Source: Yuukianura sp. NJ FZ-2021 (lineage: Eukaryota). From it: DNA of 64,000 nucleotides. The notes beneath the pieces are model-generated. The model was not told the DNA's origin and did not search any database. It worked only from the letters and a program-made list of their open reading frames with translations. Below, one piece after another: positions 47,726 to 61,716 of this stretch. Numbering within the stretch: position 1 is the stretch's first letter; each line of letters starts with the position of its first letter. Position numbers and translations under genes: made by a program. The stretch is from positions 14,074,001-14,138,000 of the forward strand of contig CM102285.1 in assembly GCA_046563655.1 (NCBI GenBank), read 5' to 3'.

Positions 47726-50700
47726 ATGAGCTCGGAAACTCCCGGAGTTACGTCCACTTCTGGAGAAAACGTTTCTCCAATTCCAAGCATGTCACGAGTT
47801 CGTAGCTTCTCGGATGAAATCACAATCTATGAAATCGCAAATCCTATTCCATCTAAACCGATCCTAAAACCACTAAGCTTCGAGCTCCCACAAGACACAA
47901 GTTTCTTCAAAACGTCACCTATCAAAATATCACCTCAAAAGTTATCTCCAATGAGCAGTAGTTGTGGAAGTCAGAATCCAAAGATCTTGAGTCCCTCGAC
48001 TCTATCAATACTCAATCCACTACGTGACACTGTCCATAGTCCAGCAGGGGAACAACTACCTCAATTTGTTCCTTCTCCATCATCTCATAATGTTCTGCTG
48101 ATACCTTCTAAGCCAGAACTGACTGTCACGGTAGTAAGTAGTCCAACACAATCTGAAGGATCGACGAATACTTTGCAAACATCGACAACGTTACGATCAA
48201 GATCACCAGTCCAAGTCCTTCCTGCTCCAATTCCGCATTCCAGTCCTCCGGAACAGCCGAAACTGGAACGAGACTTGGAAAATGCTGCGACTTTTGCGAG
48301 TAAACCGGAAGTTGAGGAAGAAAAAGTAACGACTGTGAGAAGCAGAAGACAGCGACGTGTTTTTATGCCTCACCAACAAAAATCAATGTACAGGACGAGA
48401 ACGATGGTGAAGGCGAGTCTTGCTGCTCAAAATGGTAAGATTAACAATTTTTTGTTTGAACTTTTTCGACATTTTGGTTAGATAAAACGTTTTCTTGATT
48501 TCAGAAAAAGACGAACTGGCTTCTCAGAAAGTAAAGATTGAAGTGCCTTCAGCAGTGGTGAAGCCAAGCAGTAAAGCTTTGAATGTGAGCTTACCATCTC
48601 CGACTCTCCCAAGTTCTAGGAGCGGGAGAAAACGAAGTCAACGTAAATTGTCAACAGCGGAACAACTTCAACAGCTAAGAGAAGATCATTCAATTGATCT
48701 GGAAAGTCCAGGCTCAATTTTAAAACTTTTAAATCTAAAACATATTCTCACAAAACACAACTTTTCTCGTCTGCCTTTGGAAGATCAAATGAGACTGGTC
48801 CAACTCCTTCCTGACGTTGACACTGTTAAGGAAAAAGACAAACCTGATCGGTAAGCTAATTATTTACTATCCATTGAGAGTGAAATACTAAGATGTTGAA
48901 TTTTTGTAGACTCAGGGAAGATGCTTTGGACAATTTATTTTACAATAAAGCCTGTGACGACTGGAAAACGAGACTCATCGCTGGAGAGTTCACTCCTGAG
49001 AGCAAGCTAAAACAGAAACAGGAAACAGAAAGGGAAAAGGCGAAAGTGGATCCCTGGAAGGTTTGTTACTAATTGCAATCGTTAATTGTATTTTTAACCT
49101 AGTTATGCTTTTTTTTTTAAATATGTACACTCATGTTTTGTTTTATTGTTTTTGTTTAGAAAAAGCACTTTGAACCGATTTGGGGATTCAAGGATGTGAT
49201 TAGGCTTCCGAATGAGCCACCAAAACCTTTACCTTCGTCCACCGTCACCAAGGAAGAGCCACCATTAGCCCCACCAGAACCAGAACCACCAATTGCACAG
49301 CCGGAGAAGGAAGAATCTCAAGTAAAAGTTACAATTTCCGAAGTAAATGTCACTGAAGTCCCAGAAATAGACACTCCACCGGTTCCTGTTCCACAACCTC
49401 CGTCGATTCCTCAATCCCCGTCATCAACTCCTGGAAAACGTCCGTCTGATTCTCATCTGATAGACCAAGAAGATGAAATTCTCTCAAAACGAATTCGCAT
49501 AACTCCTCCCACTCCTTCTCCGCCTCTGGAAGATCAAGATCAAGGTTAGTTTTACTAATTGAATTACTGCAATTAACACCAATAAGGGCAAACTAATTAT
49601 TATTTTGAGCTTATCGATCCCGAGTTAAAAAGTTTTGTTACTTTTACCAGGATCAGCGAAAGAAGCAGAGAAAAGTGTAGCGATTTCTAACGAAGATGAA
49701 GGTGACAACAGTTCTGCTCCGTTGCTGGACTTTGTTGAAGTGGAGGAAGAAGTTAGCGAGTTCAGTGGAACACCAATTCCAATGGTAGATAACGAAGTGA
49801 CAATAGAAAACTCTCCGTACGGCTCATCGTTATGTCCAGATGAATCTCCAGAAGTTGAGTATGTTCTTCAATCCGTCACAGTGGAAGAGGAAGATAAATG
49901 TCCAGAAGACTTTTCTGAAGAAGTGTATGTAGAGACAACTCCAGCTTCAGAATTAACCGAGGAAGTGTCCACGAGTATAAGGAATCTGAATGATATCGGC
50001 TGTTTGCAAGAGACGGAGATACTGGAAACCTTACCGGAAGGAATAGAAGAGCAAATTAATGCAGAAATACAAGAAATGGTGGCTAATGCGGCCACGGCAG
50101 AGTACAGTTCTACCATGGAAAGGCAGGATGAAGCCCAAGACCAAATCCAAGGTCAACAAAAGCTGGAGGAAGGCCAGGTTGAAGTGGAACTGGATAGTGT
50201 GCAGGAACAACTGGAAATCTCTGTTAGTTTGCAAGAGGAACAGAAGCCTGTCATGGACGACTCACCTTCGATTGATGCCAACTTGGAGGCACAAGAACTT
50301 CGTGTCCAAGACGACCTCCAAGATCAACCGAGTTTACAACAGGATGCACAGATTCAGCAAAGTTTCCAGGAACAGCCTCAAACGTCGTCAATTTTCCAGA
50401 AAAATGAAGAAGTTCGGTCAGATTTTCAACAGGCTGCGGATAAAATTGAAGATAGTGTACTGGAGATGGAACCAATCCAAGTAAAACCGGAGACACATCA
50501 GGACGAAGTTCCGAATATAGCAATAGAAGTACCGCTAGCAATGTCGGTACCCATTACGGATCCTCTACCGGTACTGACCGAAACGGTACCATCTTCGGCT
50601 GAGGTATCGTTGGTCAACACGAGTACATCCTCTGTGGTAGTGAGTGACGTTTTAGTGTCGTCTCAAACCGGATCAATTCCAATGTCACCTCTGATGGCTA

Positions 50701-53700
50701 CAAGTCCTATCCGCCTTCCAATGTCAATGTGTCAGGACAACGTCGTAACAGCTGATCGGCTCCTCCAATCACAATCAAGAATTGTCCACATGGTTACCCT
50801 GTCAGCTCCAAATGGTCCACAGTCATCTTCCGTCCGACTGGCTCCTCCTCTACAACCCCAACAACAGCCCCCACTTCAACCGATATCGATACCGATACCG
50901 ATATCGGTGAAGTCTGTTTCCGGACCCAAGGAACCGCCAGTTGTTATTCGCAGTATCGTCCCGAAAGTTCTGTCGGAGTTTATTCCGGTACAACCAAGGG
51001 CTTTAGCTTCTACTGGACAACAACCGACGTTGAGTCCACTGTCAAAGGTGAATGGGCCTGGAATTCCTGGAATTCAAAATCCAAGTTCACCTGGAAATGT
51101 AAGTAGTCTACTTTGTAGCAACAAGAAGAGCAACCGCCAGAAATCCACAAGACAGGTACGACCAGAGTCCGTCCATGGACGGATCAGCTGACCTTCTCTG
51201 TCCATTCTCCTCCGTCTTTTTCTCATTTCAACAGAGCCACTCAGGCAACTACACTACTGCTACTATGTCTTGTCTCTTGGCGATTCGGCTTACTTCTATC
51301 ACAGTTTTCTAGTATTTTAGAAAAATAGGAGAGAGTCTATGAGTTTTATTACGTTTGACCGATTTTGTTTAAAAACGTTGTTAACTTGAGTTTTTTTTTA
51401 TTTTCGGTTTGGTTTTTCCAGGCTAAGCCAAAATCAAATACGGTTCCACCGGGGTCCGTCAATTTGGACAGATCGTATGAAATTTGCAAACAAGTGATTG
51501 AAAATTCGCCAAATCGGATGCATTTACAGAAACAATTGGTCAAACCGCAACCTCCTCCGCTAACTCCGAACAGTCGAATACCGAGACAGTAAGTTTTTGA
51601 TTACAATTTACAGAAGAACTTCTCTTTTAGCAACTTCGTTCTTGTCGTCCGAAATGCTCAACTTCGCTTTCGCGTGGGGTGAAGTTTCAAGTGACCGAAA
51701 ATGGTCCGATACCTTTGATGCAGTGTTGCTGGATATCCACTTTTTTGACGTTTCGTCCACTGTCCAGGATAATATATTTCATCCGGTTTTATCCGGAAGA
51801 AATGGCTGGATAAAATGGATAGAACTGTTCCGGATAAAATTTATCCATCCGAAAGCACTGCAGTGATGTGGCGTTTAATTGGTATCGGGGAGAGTTGCTA
51901 AACGAGAAGTTTTTCTGTAATGCGAACTACTAATTTTAAGATTCTTTGGGATAGATTTAGGTTAATTTTTGGTTTTATTGTAGGGAAATCGGAAGTGGTG
52001 ATGCAACTGCTGTGATTCAGATGAATAGAAGAGTGTCGACACCAACCCTGATCCAGTCCAACTTAGGTCAAATGCAAATGACAGGAGGTGTTGGTGGGCC
52101 TGGCCAGAAAATGATGCTGGTAAATCATCAAGGAATGGCTCCACTCATACGCCCCATCCAACAACAACTCACTCCGACTCTCAACCACCACCAAATCGTT
52201 GTAAGTTCTGCCAGCACCTCAAATGGAATAGGCGGTTCAAGGGCTCTGGGTATGAATGTCACATTCACTACTAAGCACAATAATCCCACAACTAACAACA
52301 ACCAAACAACCACGCTCACTTCCACTCCCAGTATCATTACACCCCAGCAGCTAGCACTGCTCCTCCAACAGCAGCAGCAGCATCAGCATTCCAACCATCT
52401 CTCAAGGTCACCCACGCAGCAAGGTCAGCAGGCACTGCCACTTCAGAGACAACGAACGCCGTTATTTATCACGCGACCTCCTCAGACTGCGCAGGGACAG
52501 CAGTCAGCACAAGCGAAAATTTTGAACACTTCGCAGTTTTCACAGCAGTCGAGAATCGTTTCACCGCAGTTAGTCCAGTTTCAACAATCTCAACGATCAG
52601 CTGTGCAGGGACAACAAGAAGCTATGCAGTTTCCTGTTAGAGCTCAGATCATGACATCAAATGGAGAGACACTGACGATTCATCGGGCTGCTGCTGGAAT
52701 GCAACCAGTTAGAGTCACTTCGCCAATACGCATGAATACTGGTGACATAGGAAAAGGAAGTAACCAATCACTAACGATTATCAATCGGTCAACTAACTTT
52801 GGCGGCGGAGATAATCGAGTCCAAACGATTCAACAGCCAATCAATGAAACTCAACCGTCATCAAGTCAGTCAAATCCTGCGCAGAACTTGGCAGATTTCA
52901 TAACTAATCAATGGACAGCTTCCGGTATTCGTCCGATTTCTCCTCTTGCATTTGATACTTCTGGGGGAGGTGACAGGGTGATTCTGCAAGGTCGCATACC
53001 AACAACACCCAACAAATCTAGAGAATCTCAACAACAACAACAGAATCAACAGCAACAGCATCCCAGCTCTCCTCAACAACAACAGAATCCTAGTCATCAT
53101 CATCATCAACTCAATGTCTCTGAAATCTTCATTCCGAGTAATCAAAGATCACACTCAATTCCAAACACTCAGCATCAGCATCATCATCAGCAGTTAGGGT
53201 TAGAGGTGATGGAAGGTCATGAAGCACTAGCTGAAGGTCAAGGTGGTGGTGGGCAATTTAGTGTAATCAAGCACCATAAGAATAATTCTGGCGGTGTAGA
53301 GTTCATTCACATTGATAGAACAGCTGTTGAACGTCTCAATTCACAACAACAACAACAACAGCATGTAAATTCAACTAATACTGGCAACAGTAATGCTCAT
53401 ACTAACCACAACTATCCCCGCTCAGTTGTTGAAGGTGGTGGTAGTTTAGTACAACAGGTGAGGATAATCGACGATTATTAATCGACTATATCACGGTGTC
53501 TACGCTGTCAGAGACTTTGAATTCTGAATTTCCCGCGTTTATCCAGTTGACGATCTACCGTCAGTTCAATTGCATGTGGATATCCAATATCCAATCACAT
53601 ACATATCTCTGCTTATCTCTCCGTTGTGTGTCACCCTGTACACGTAAATGTCGCTTATCGCTGCATGTTCAACTTTATCCTAAATTCGATAAATCAACTA

Positions 53701-55010
53701 TCCTAACAGTTCGATAATTCTTGAATTCTTCCGACTTCTGTTGTCTGTACTGTTTGCTTATCGTATCTTATCATTTTGTTACATAATTATCTTATCGATT
53801 ATCCTGTCTTGTCGTTTATCTCATTGTCTTTTCGATTGTCTTGCCTAATTAATTACATTCTTATCTGGCTTCATACGATTCTTATCTTATTCTTATCTTG
53901 AAATATTTTTTTTGAAAATGTGTTTGAATTTTCTAAAGTTTTGTATTTTTGTAGAGCACGAGACTTGATGGACAAGGAGATCCGTTGCAGCAGCAGCACT
54001 ACGTCATTGTTCAGACGACGGGTAGCAACGGAATGCCGCAGAACTTGGTTTTACAAGCGTCGTTGCTCATGCCACCGCATCAGATAAAGGAAGAATCGAA
54101 AGATGCTGGAGGACCTCCAAGAGCCGCCAGTGCTCCTCCGACGAATCCAACTATGCTTATTACGCAGCATCAGCAACAACAACAACAGCTTCAACAGGGA
54201 CAGTCGAACTGTAACGTCCAACAGGAAAACAAACTCATTTCGCTTCCGGTGGCTTTTCAAGACTTTTCGGGACTCAGGGTAAGCAGAGCATATTTGAGAG
54301 ATATGAAGATAGTTTTCTGGCGATTTTGGGTAAAGAAGATAACTTATCGAATTATCTCCTGTTTTTTTCTTTGTGTTCAGGTTTTCAAAGATGAATCCGG
54401 AGGAAGCGAAGATTCCAGAAGAATGGACTACTGTATGACAAATACTCCGCCTGGTTACACCCTAACTCCAGTCAGTTCTGCTCCCGGACCACAAGAAATA
54501 GTCCGAGTTCTGAGTCGAAGTTCCACCGGAAGTCCAGACGTCTGGAACTACAGTCCAGTCCCCTCCAGTGGTCATATTGTGAATGTGAACTTAAATGGAT
54601 CCAGTGGATCCGCTAGAATAATCCCTGGACAACATCCTGTCATCAGCATTCCAGATACAACGAATGGATCCTCCAGTTGTAGTGGAATGTCAAGTGACTT
54701 TGACCTATTCAGTGCAATTGCCTCAACGGGAGGAGGGACTGAGAGTATCAAAGTTGAGAACAATGGTGACACAAGGTCAATTCTTATCCCTATGTCCGTA
54801 GCTATGACGAATAACAATCGACAGCATTTTCATCAACCACTGTCCAGTATTGGACAACAAGGACCCTCTCCCACACATCCGTCGTCCAATCAAAATTGCA
54901 TTTGTGACTTACGAGCCATGACGACTTGTCGAAAATGTGGAGCTTACTCACATTCTGACTGTATTATGAAGAATGGTATGGAACTGTGTACGAGTTGTGT
55001 CATTCGATAG
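47726..55010 (+). CDS. Asx: Additional sex combs (ASXL family): DEUBAD domain, Q-rich regions, C-terminal PHD-like finger
   Basis: IDLESPGSIL...LVQLLPDVD, FYNKACDDWKTRLIAGEFTPE, VDPWK|KKHFEPIWG, PPGSVNLDRSYEICKQVI and terminal CICDLRAMTTCRKCGAYSHSDCI...LCTSCVIR. Confidence 0.93.
51721..51860. mobile_element. Short hAT-like MITE in an Asx intron
   Basis: Termini cagtg...cactg, internal (t)atccgg/ggata repeats, and 8-bp flanks ctttgatg / cagtgatg (6 of 8 identical; possible decayed TSD). Confidence 0.5.
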
Positions 55011-55916
55011 CTTATCGAGTTAAGATATATCGGTACTGTTCGGTAGACTATCGATTATCGAATTAAGATATCCATAGGGTTCGAGAGGCTATGGAATTGA
55101 GATTTCGGTAGAAATGCAAAGGCTTCGATACTCTGGAATTCTAATATTGGTTGAACTGAACTCGATAGCCTATCGATTTATCGAATTAAGATAACGGTAG
55201 AATTCGATAGTGTGAAAGGAAAACAAAGCAATTATCATCACAATTACTAATTGTTAACATAACTTAAAATTTTATGTTGTGGTGAACCGGTAAGGGACGA
55301 AGCGAAGAGGACGAAACCCACCCTAAATCCACATATGGAAACCCAGTTTTAGATTTTAGAGTGTATTAGAACGTGTTTTAAAATTTAGAAAAAGTTAGAA
55401 ACATGATTTCGAATTTAAAAAACTAAGTTTTAGATTTAAATTTTAAATAGTAAGGTTCAGATATAATTATGGAGAGGCTATTTTTGAATTATTGAAGAAA
55501 ATTATTCGTTGTAAACATCTCCATCAGCGCCAGCAATTGATATTGAAAACGCAACTTCAAAGTGTCTATCTCTGTCTATGTAAAAAAAAATGTTTGTTTT
55601 TTAAAATATGTGTTTCTGTGTTTTAGCACTTTTACTTTTTATGTTTGAGTTGCATGTTATTTTATAAATAGTCCGTTATTTAATAGTATAAGTGTTAATT
55701 AGTTTAATTAGTTGATGAATTATTTGTTGTATCGTCTGTTTTTTTAACTTTCATCTCCTCCCAGTTCAAATCCCGGAAATAAAACATCCAGTTCAACTTA
55801 TCACAAGAAAAACCGGCAAACCTCTGTTTTTTTTACTTTCCTGTGAATTCTGAAACTTTGGTAAATGCAAATGGAAACTGAAAAAGATTGTTCTTGAAAT
55901 TTCCCGAAAATTTTGC

Positions 55917-56893
55917 TTATAAGTTGAACTGTTGAATGGTTTCGGTAATTCTGGGATTTGTGAAGTAGTTTTCTTTCAAATCTTCAAGATGATTGTCAAA
56001 ATCAATTAGTTGACGGTAGGCTTTCGCTTGAATCAAAGCTGACACGGTGGACAGACTGCCTTGTTCGTCTGGGAGTAAACTTATTCGTGCTTCTTGGACC
56101 TTCAAAAAAGTATTTTGTGTTAAATATTTTCAGTACTTCGAATGTGAAGATGCTAGTTCAATTGTTATACTTTATTGACTTTGTACTTCAAATGATACTG
56201 ATTTCAATACCTTGAACTTTCCATCAGCATATTTGTAGATGATGAAAGGAGCTTCTTCCATGTTGGAATCCAATTTTTCGTTGTCAATCTACAACATGAA
56301 CAAAGTGGACTCACTAGTACAAGTATTCAGTTGATTTTTAGCATGTCAAGCATTTAGCATGTAATGAGGCTTACCATTACGACTATTACGTTAGGGTTAA
56401 CTTCTTGAAGCTTGTCGACAATACGAGACGCAATGAAATCTGGACTGTAAATGTTAAAAAAGGAATTAGAAGAAGAAAACAGTCCAGTAATGGCGTTGCA
56501 GTGGAACAATGTGCTTGCCTATGGTTATCAATGTCGTGATTTGCTTGATAGTATCCTACCACTTCCGTTTTGGAATCCTTACAATGCTGTTCCACCTAAT
56601 GATAAAAAATCAAAGTAAAATACTTTTATTACGAAGATTAATTGGAAAATACAAGGACAGGATTAGAACTTAAAAGAACTAACCTGTGCCAGTGCAATTT
56701 CCATCGTTGGAGTACAAAACTTGGACATGTTGATGTGTGTCAATGGAATGGCATCTTCACATAAGCAATGTTGACCCCCATGTTCATTGTCTGAAATTTT
56801 CCTGATGAGCAATCCATTGACGCTGAAGGCGGGATACTTCGTAGCATGCAGAACCATCTTCGCTATTGCTTCCAATTCAAACGACACTTCCAT
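55917..56893 (-). CDS. EMC8/9: ER membrane protein complex subunit 8/9 (UPF0172)
   Basis: AKMVLHATKYPAFSVNGLL, DAIPLTH, PTMEIALAQV, VVGYYQAN, LIDFDNHLED...TNP. Five exons. Confidence 0.92.
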
Positions 56894-57147
56894 GATTGCT
56901 AATTTATGAATTACCTTCCAGAATCAAAGTTTCACTGTAATCAATCTACTATACGTTAGTTGTTTTTACAAATGCAAAGTCGAAATTGGTAAGTCTTGGA
57001 CAAGGACCAATCCAGTTCACGAATAGCCGAAGATTCGGAAGAGCTAAACGAGGACCGAAGTTAATTATTAATCGATTAACGAGAGACAACGAAGGGAAAG
57101 ATAAAAGATGAGTAGACAAAACAGTATAACGGTATGATTGATAATTT

Positions 57148-57372
57148 GGTTGAAGTAAGGATAAGTGTACCATAATGTATTTTCGTAGCGTAGCCATCAC
57201 GGCTATCCTTGGTGACAACAATAGGTGACTACATCTAAAAGTGGCAACTTATGTCGTAGTGACTTTTACATAACGTCAAGTCAAGTGGCAACAAGTTGCA
57301 AGCAGATGCAGCCACCCTTGTAGTGGCGACATTATGTGAATCCAACAATGCTCGTTATACCTTATACAAACC
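57148..57372. mobile_element. MITE-like element (family A) copy between the divergent EMC8/9 and ENTR1 genes
   Basis: Starts ggttgaagtaagg and ends aatgctcgttataccttatacaaacc. Internal acaataggtgactac is shared with the copy near 905. Confidence 0.65.
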
Positions 57373-57858
57373 AATAATTTTTTGAGTTGTTCTAAAAATT
57401 CGACACATAACGCACCCAGCTGTTTAAAAAATCGATTAAGACTTACAACATGCTGTGATTAGTTAAAATAGAGTTAACATTAGTTAAATTAACGCAAATA
57501 ATTTAGCGAATTTATAATTAATTACAGTAATTCTCCTGATGTGTTTTCTTACATTTCGTTTTTGTTTCGTTTTACACCTGCCTTTTGCCCATGCTCGAAT
57601 CGACTAGCGGAAACTTTTCATATCCAAACTTTTATCTTGATTAAATTTACGGTAAAATTTGCGTAAAAGATAAATCAAATTCCAGGACTAAAGATAAACA
57701 AATTATCGCGCGATAACGACACGAAGGACAACAAACAACCAACGCGAGATGGACAAGGTCATAGGTTAACCAGTTCCACCTTTGTTTTGCATCACCCTGT
57801 TCTTTTACATTGAAGCGCAACAACTTCGTACTTTCTTTGTTTCTTGCAACGTCAAATC

Positions 57859-59232
57859 ATGTCATCGCCGAATAAAAGGTCAACATCCAATAGCAGTGAC
57901 GAAAGTGATCAGGAAAATGGTAAAACCCCAATTTTTTAACACTTTTGAAACTTAAATGTGAAACTAATTGAGTAATTTTTGATTTACAGGAAGAGAATTA
58001 CCGCCTACATCTTCAAGACGTGACGACAACTCAATTTCTTTCCGCCATTTTCTTCAGCAGCAGTCCGACGTTGTGCCAACTGCTAATCCTCGCAGGCCAC
58101 CAAGTAAGGACTAAGTTTAGCATAAATGTTTTCAAGGTCAAGTAATTGAATACCGGATGAATTGATTAAACAAAGTGCTGCGTTGTTTCAGGAGGAAGCA
58201 AGGGTAATGGCGCCCTTATGGACTTGGTTGACGTTCATGGCGGACTGCCAGACTTTGTTCAGGATCACCTCGTAGTGGAAGCCCAAGCTGGACGTGAAGG
58301 TAACCATTCCCTTGACGGTCAACCAGTACCGAACCCCGTCTCTCCATTGGATCTCGCTGTCATAAATGAAGTCATGCCCAACTTAATGAACAGTTCTAGT
58401 CAACGTCACTCCAATTCCACAACCAGGTACGTTTTACCTTGAGTGACACAGACACCACCGTCATCAATTTTCTCTTTAGAGAAAAACGTTTAGAAACGTT
58501 TTGGTTTGTTTATAGTGGTGGTGGTGACGGGTTAGACGTGGAACAACTTGGAGCTTACGGCCCCATTCCCTCCGGCGGTGGACCATCACTGCCTGACTTT
58601 CTTTCAGATGGACCCATGCACTGTGACGCAACTGGCAGTAACGATGTTGTGTCTGATGTCCAAGGAATGTCAAATCGCTTCGTCCCTCTTCGCTGCTCTA
58701 CGGGCAGTTTAGGCAGATCTCAACTACGCTCATCTTCATCTCAAAACGTTGATTCACTTTTACAGCAGATAAAAAGACTAGAAAATGAACTTCAACAGAG
58801 AGATAGAACGTAGGTTTTCAAATTGTCATTACAGCATTTTATATAATAACGTTTTCTAAAAATTTTTACTCTACTCTTTTTTTTAGGATTCAAACTTTGG
58901 AAAATCTAATTTTTGAACAAAAGGCTGAACTGGTGGGACTGTATGAACAAATTGCGGAAAATCAGAACAGTGATTCCAGCAATTGCAACCACCAACATTC
59001 AACATCATCTTCGTCCTGTCACCAGAATACTGCTGCAGCATCGTCCGGTCACCACAATGCTGCTGCAGCATCGTCAGCCATAGTTACAAACGGCAGCATC
59101 TCAAATCCAACTCCCAGTCCTTCGACTAATAATTCTAGGCGTATCCAAGAATGTGCCACGAGAGCAGAATCTCTACTTTGCGAACTACTGAAAGAAATTC
59201 GGCAACTGAAAAACGAAGACGACAGCAACTGA
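57859..59232 (+). CDS. ENTR1: Endosome-associated trafficking regulator 1 (SDCCAG3)-like
   Basis: NSISFRHFL, GLPDFVQDHLVVE and SLPDFLSDGP motifs plus C-terminal coiled coils. ATG at 57859, TGA at 59230-59232. Identity is from recalled arthropod motifs. Confidence 0.7.
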
Positions 59233-59605
59233 TGAGATACTTTTGCTAAAAACTAAACTGAAGGGAACTTTTTAAAACAGAAACTTTTTTTAATTTTAAG
59301 ATTTATTCACTTTGGTTCATTTTGATTCCTTGAATAATTTAAACTTCCATGACTTTAGTTGACATTTCATAAATCCTATTTCTCATCCTACCTGAATTAT
59401 TATTTAATTAGCATGAATTAATAATTACTTTCCTTCATAAAAGCTAAATGTACTTAAATTATGAATTACATTGACATTCACAAGGAGTCCAAATATTTTC
59501 AAAAACTGAAATTGGAGATACTAAATATCACTTTCTAAAAATTAAATCATTTTAGTTTGAAATTCAAACTTTGAATTGATACCTGATCAAAAATTAATGT
59601 AAATC

Positions 59606-59712
59606 GGTTAAAGTAAACCAGAATTACATCTGTTGTAACTACACAGTGTAACCACTTGGTGGATACAAATATGGCGTTGGTTACAACAGATGCAACTCAA
59701 GTTTACTTCAAC
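59606..59712. mobile_element. Short internally deleted copy of MITE family A
   Basis: ggttaaagtaaac...catctgttgtaactacacagtgtaacc...gttacaacagatg...gtttacttcaac. Self-complementary and similar to the TIR at 1255-1301. Confidence 0.55.
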
Positions 59713-59934
59713 ACAGAAATAATTGCCCCAAACCCAATCGTAATTTCCTAAATTCCAGGCCGTTGTGCTTTTCAATTTCAATAAATTACTTAAGTTTATA
59801 CAGTTAAGTGCAGCCGATAGTGAAAGTTCAGTGTTAGCAGCAGACTAAAAATTCGATTGGTTAGTTAATTAGGTTGACAGTTTAAGATAAAGGTGTAGGA
59901 AGGTGTAGTTTTAAGTGCTTACTAAAACGTAGTT

Positions 59935-61716
59935 TTACAGCTCATCTTTCAGTAGAGTGTAGCGATTTGGGGAGGGTTTCAGTTTCTGGAACGTCGACTC
60001 CGGTGGAGTAGTCGGCAACCCGTCGGCTGGAGCCGCTGGAGCATCCGTTTCGGTATCTTCAGCTTCTGGTTCATCCGGACCATAATGGAACTCTCGATGG
60101 AGTTTTCCTGACTCGAGGTCACTGATGAACTTGAGAACTTTCCCAGGTACTTCCATGTTTTTCATATTTGGAAACAAATACATATGACGAAAGCTGTCAA
60201 TGGCAAGGAGAGGAAGGTCAGCCTCTGATTTGCCCAAATGATGAAGTGGGTGAGCAAACTTTTTGCCATCAGCTGTTAGAAAATTGATGGAATCTAGAGA
60301 GAAACAATCGAAATTAAATTTTGGCGGTATAAGCAAATCAAAACGTTTTCGGTTCCATTTTGCTTACCTTTTTTGACTATGAGGTCGTTGGCTACAAGGG
60401 CGTTGAATCGCTTGACAGATTCGGTGTCTTTTGGATCATGGAAGAAGATGAGGAATGGCAGACCTTCTTCCGTTAGTTCTTCAGCGTTTTCAAAAGTAAT
60501 CTCACGAACGAGTGGAACACATTTGCCTTGTACCCATTTCAAAAGTTCATCAAAATTAGATGCATCTCCGGAGAAAGTTTCGTCCGTGTCTACAGATCGG
60601 GTACGGTCGGGTCGAAACGCAATGATGTCGTGGTCCGGTGGATGCATCTGTTTTGAAGCATCGCTGTAAAAGAATTTCAACCCAATTTGAGAACTTGTAG
60701 ACAAACTTGATAAGACATATCGAGATAAGGTATAAGATAAGTCGATACTTGAGATAAGTAGTTTGAGATAAAACTTACCCAAATCCGATAAAGAAGTGAC
60801 AGTCATCTTTGAGTGTCGTGGCTACTTTCTTGTACGTCGGAAAAGCTGGAGTAGAGTTGCTCGTCATGTAGCCAATAAACATCCGTTTGTCACCCGGAGA
60901 CTACAAAAAATTGGAAAATTTTGGATGTGAAAGAATTTAACAACAGTAAAGGCATCTTACATCGATTTCCATCAATTCCTGGAGAGAATGAAACTCGTGT
61001 AGTGGATTTTGCATTTGTTTCTTGATGTATTCCACGAAGGCTTCTGCTGTTCGAGCTCCTCGGTACTCTTTCTTCAGCGGAACGCCGTTACGGATCAACT
61101 TCAACGTTGGATACTTGGAAACTTGATATCTACTAGAAATGTCAGCTGTGAAGTGAAACAAACAGCAATTGTTAGGAACAAAGACACAAAATAAACACAT
61201 TTCTAACTTCAAATCGCACTCACAATGTTTATCGCAATCTACACGACCAAGTATAAGTTGACTTCTATCTGGGAACTCAGCATGTAAAGTATCTGCAGCT
61301 TCATTGTAAATTGGAGCCAGCATGTTGCTAAACCTACACCAGTCTGCATAGAAATTGATGAATACCAACTCCGTATTCTCTGTAATTCATAAACAAATGG
61401 CATGTTAACAAAGCAGACGCTCTTGGTACATTTAAGTTAGTAAAGTAATTACTGATGACAGAGTCAAAGGTGGACGATTCCAGTTCAACTGCTCCACTGT
61501 CGGTAGGATTGTTGAAGGCTACAGAAACCTTGAAACATAAAACAGAATGCATTTACTTCACTTTTTTTTTCCAGAAAAAGGATACAAAATTGACCGGTAT
61601 TCCCCACTCCATATGCTAAATTAATTGCTTACCAGTAAAACCCAGATTAGTAGTAGCTTCATTGGTGAATTTGTTACAAAAGAAGAAAATATTTTCCATC
61701 CCTTCGGTGCTGACAT
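59935..61716 (-). CDS. ERP44: ER resident protein 44 (thioredoxin-fold chaperone)
   Basis: FYADWCRFS active-site motif, KYPTLK, VPLVREITFENAEELTEEGLPFLI, IDSFRHMYLF, SGKLHREFHYGPD and C-terminal KDEL. Signal peptide MKLLLIWVLL|VSVAF from ATG 61662, with an in-frame upstream ATG at 61716. Confidence 0.96.
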
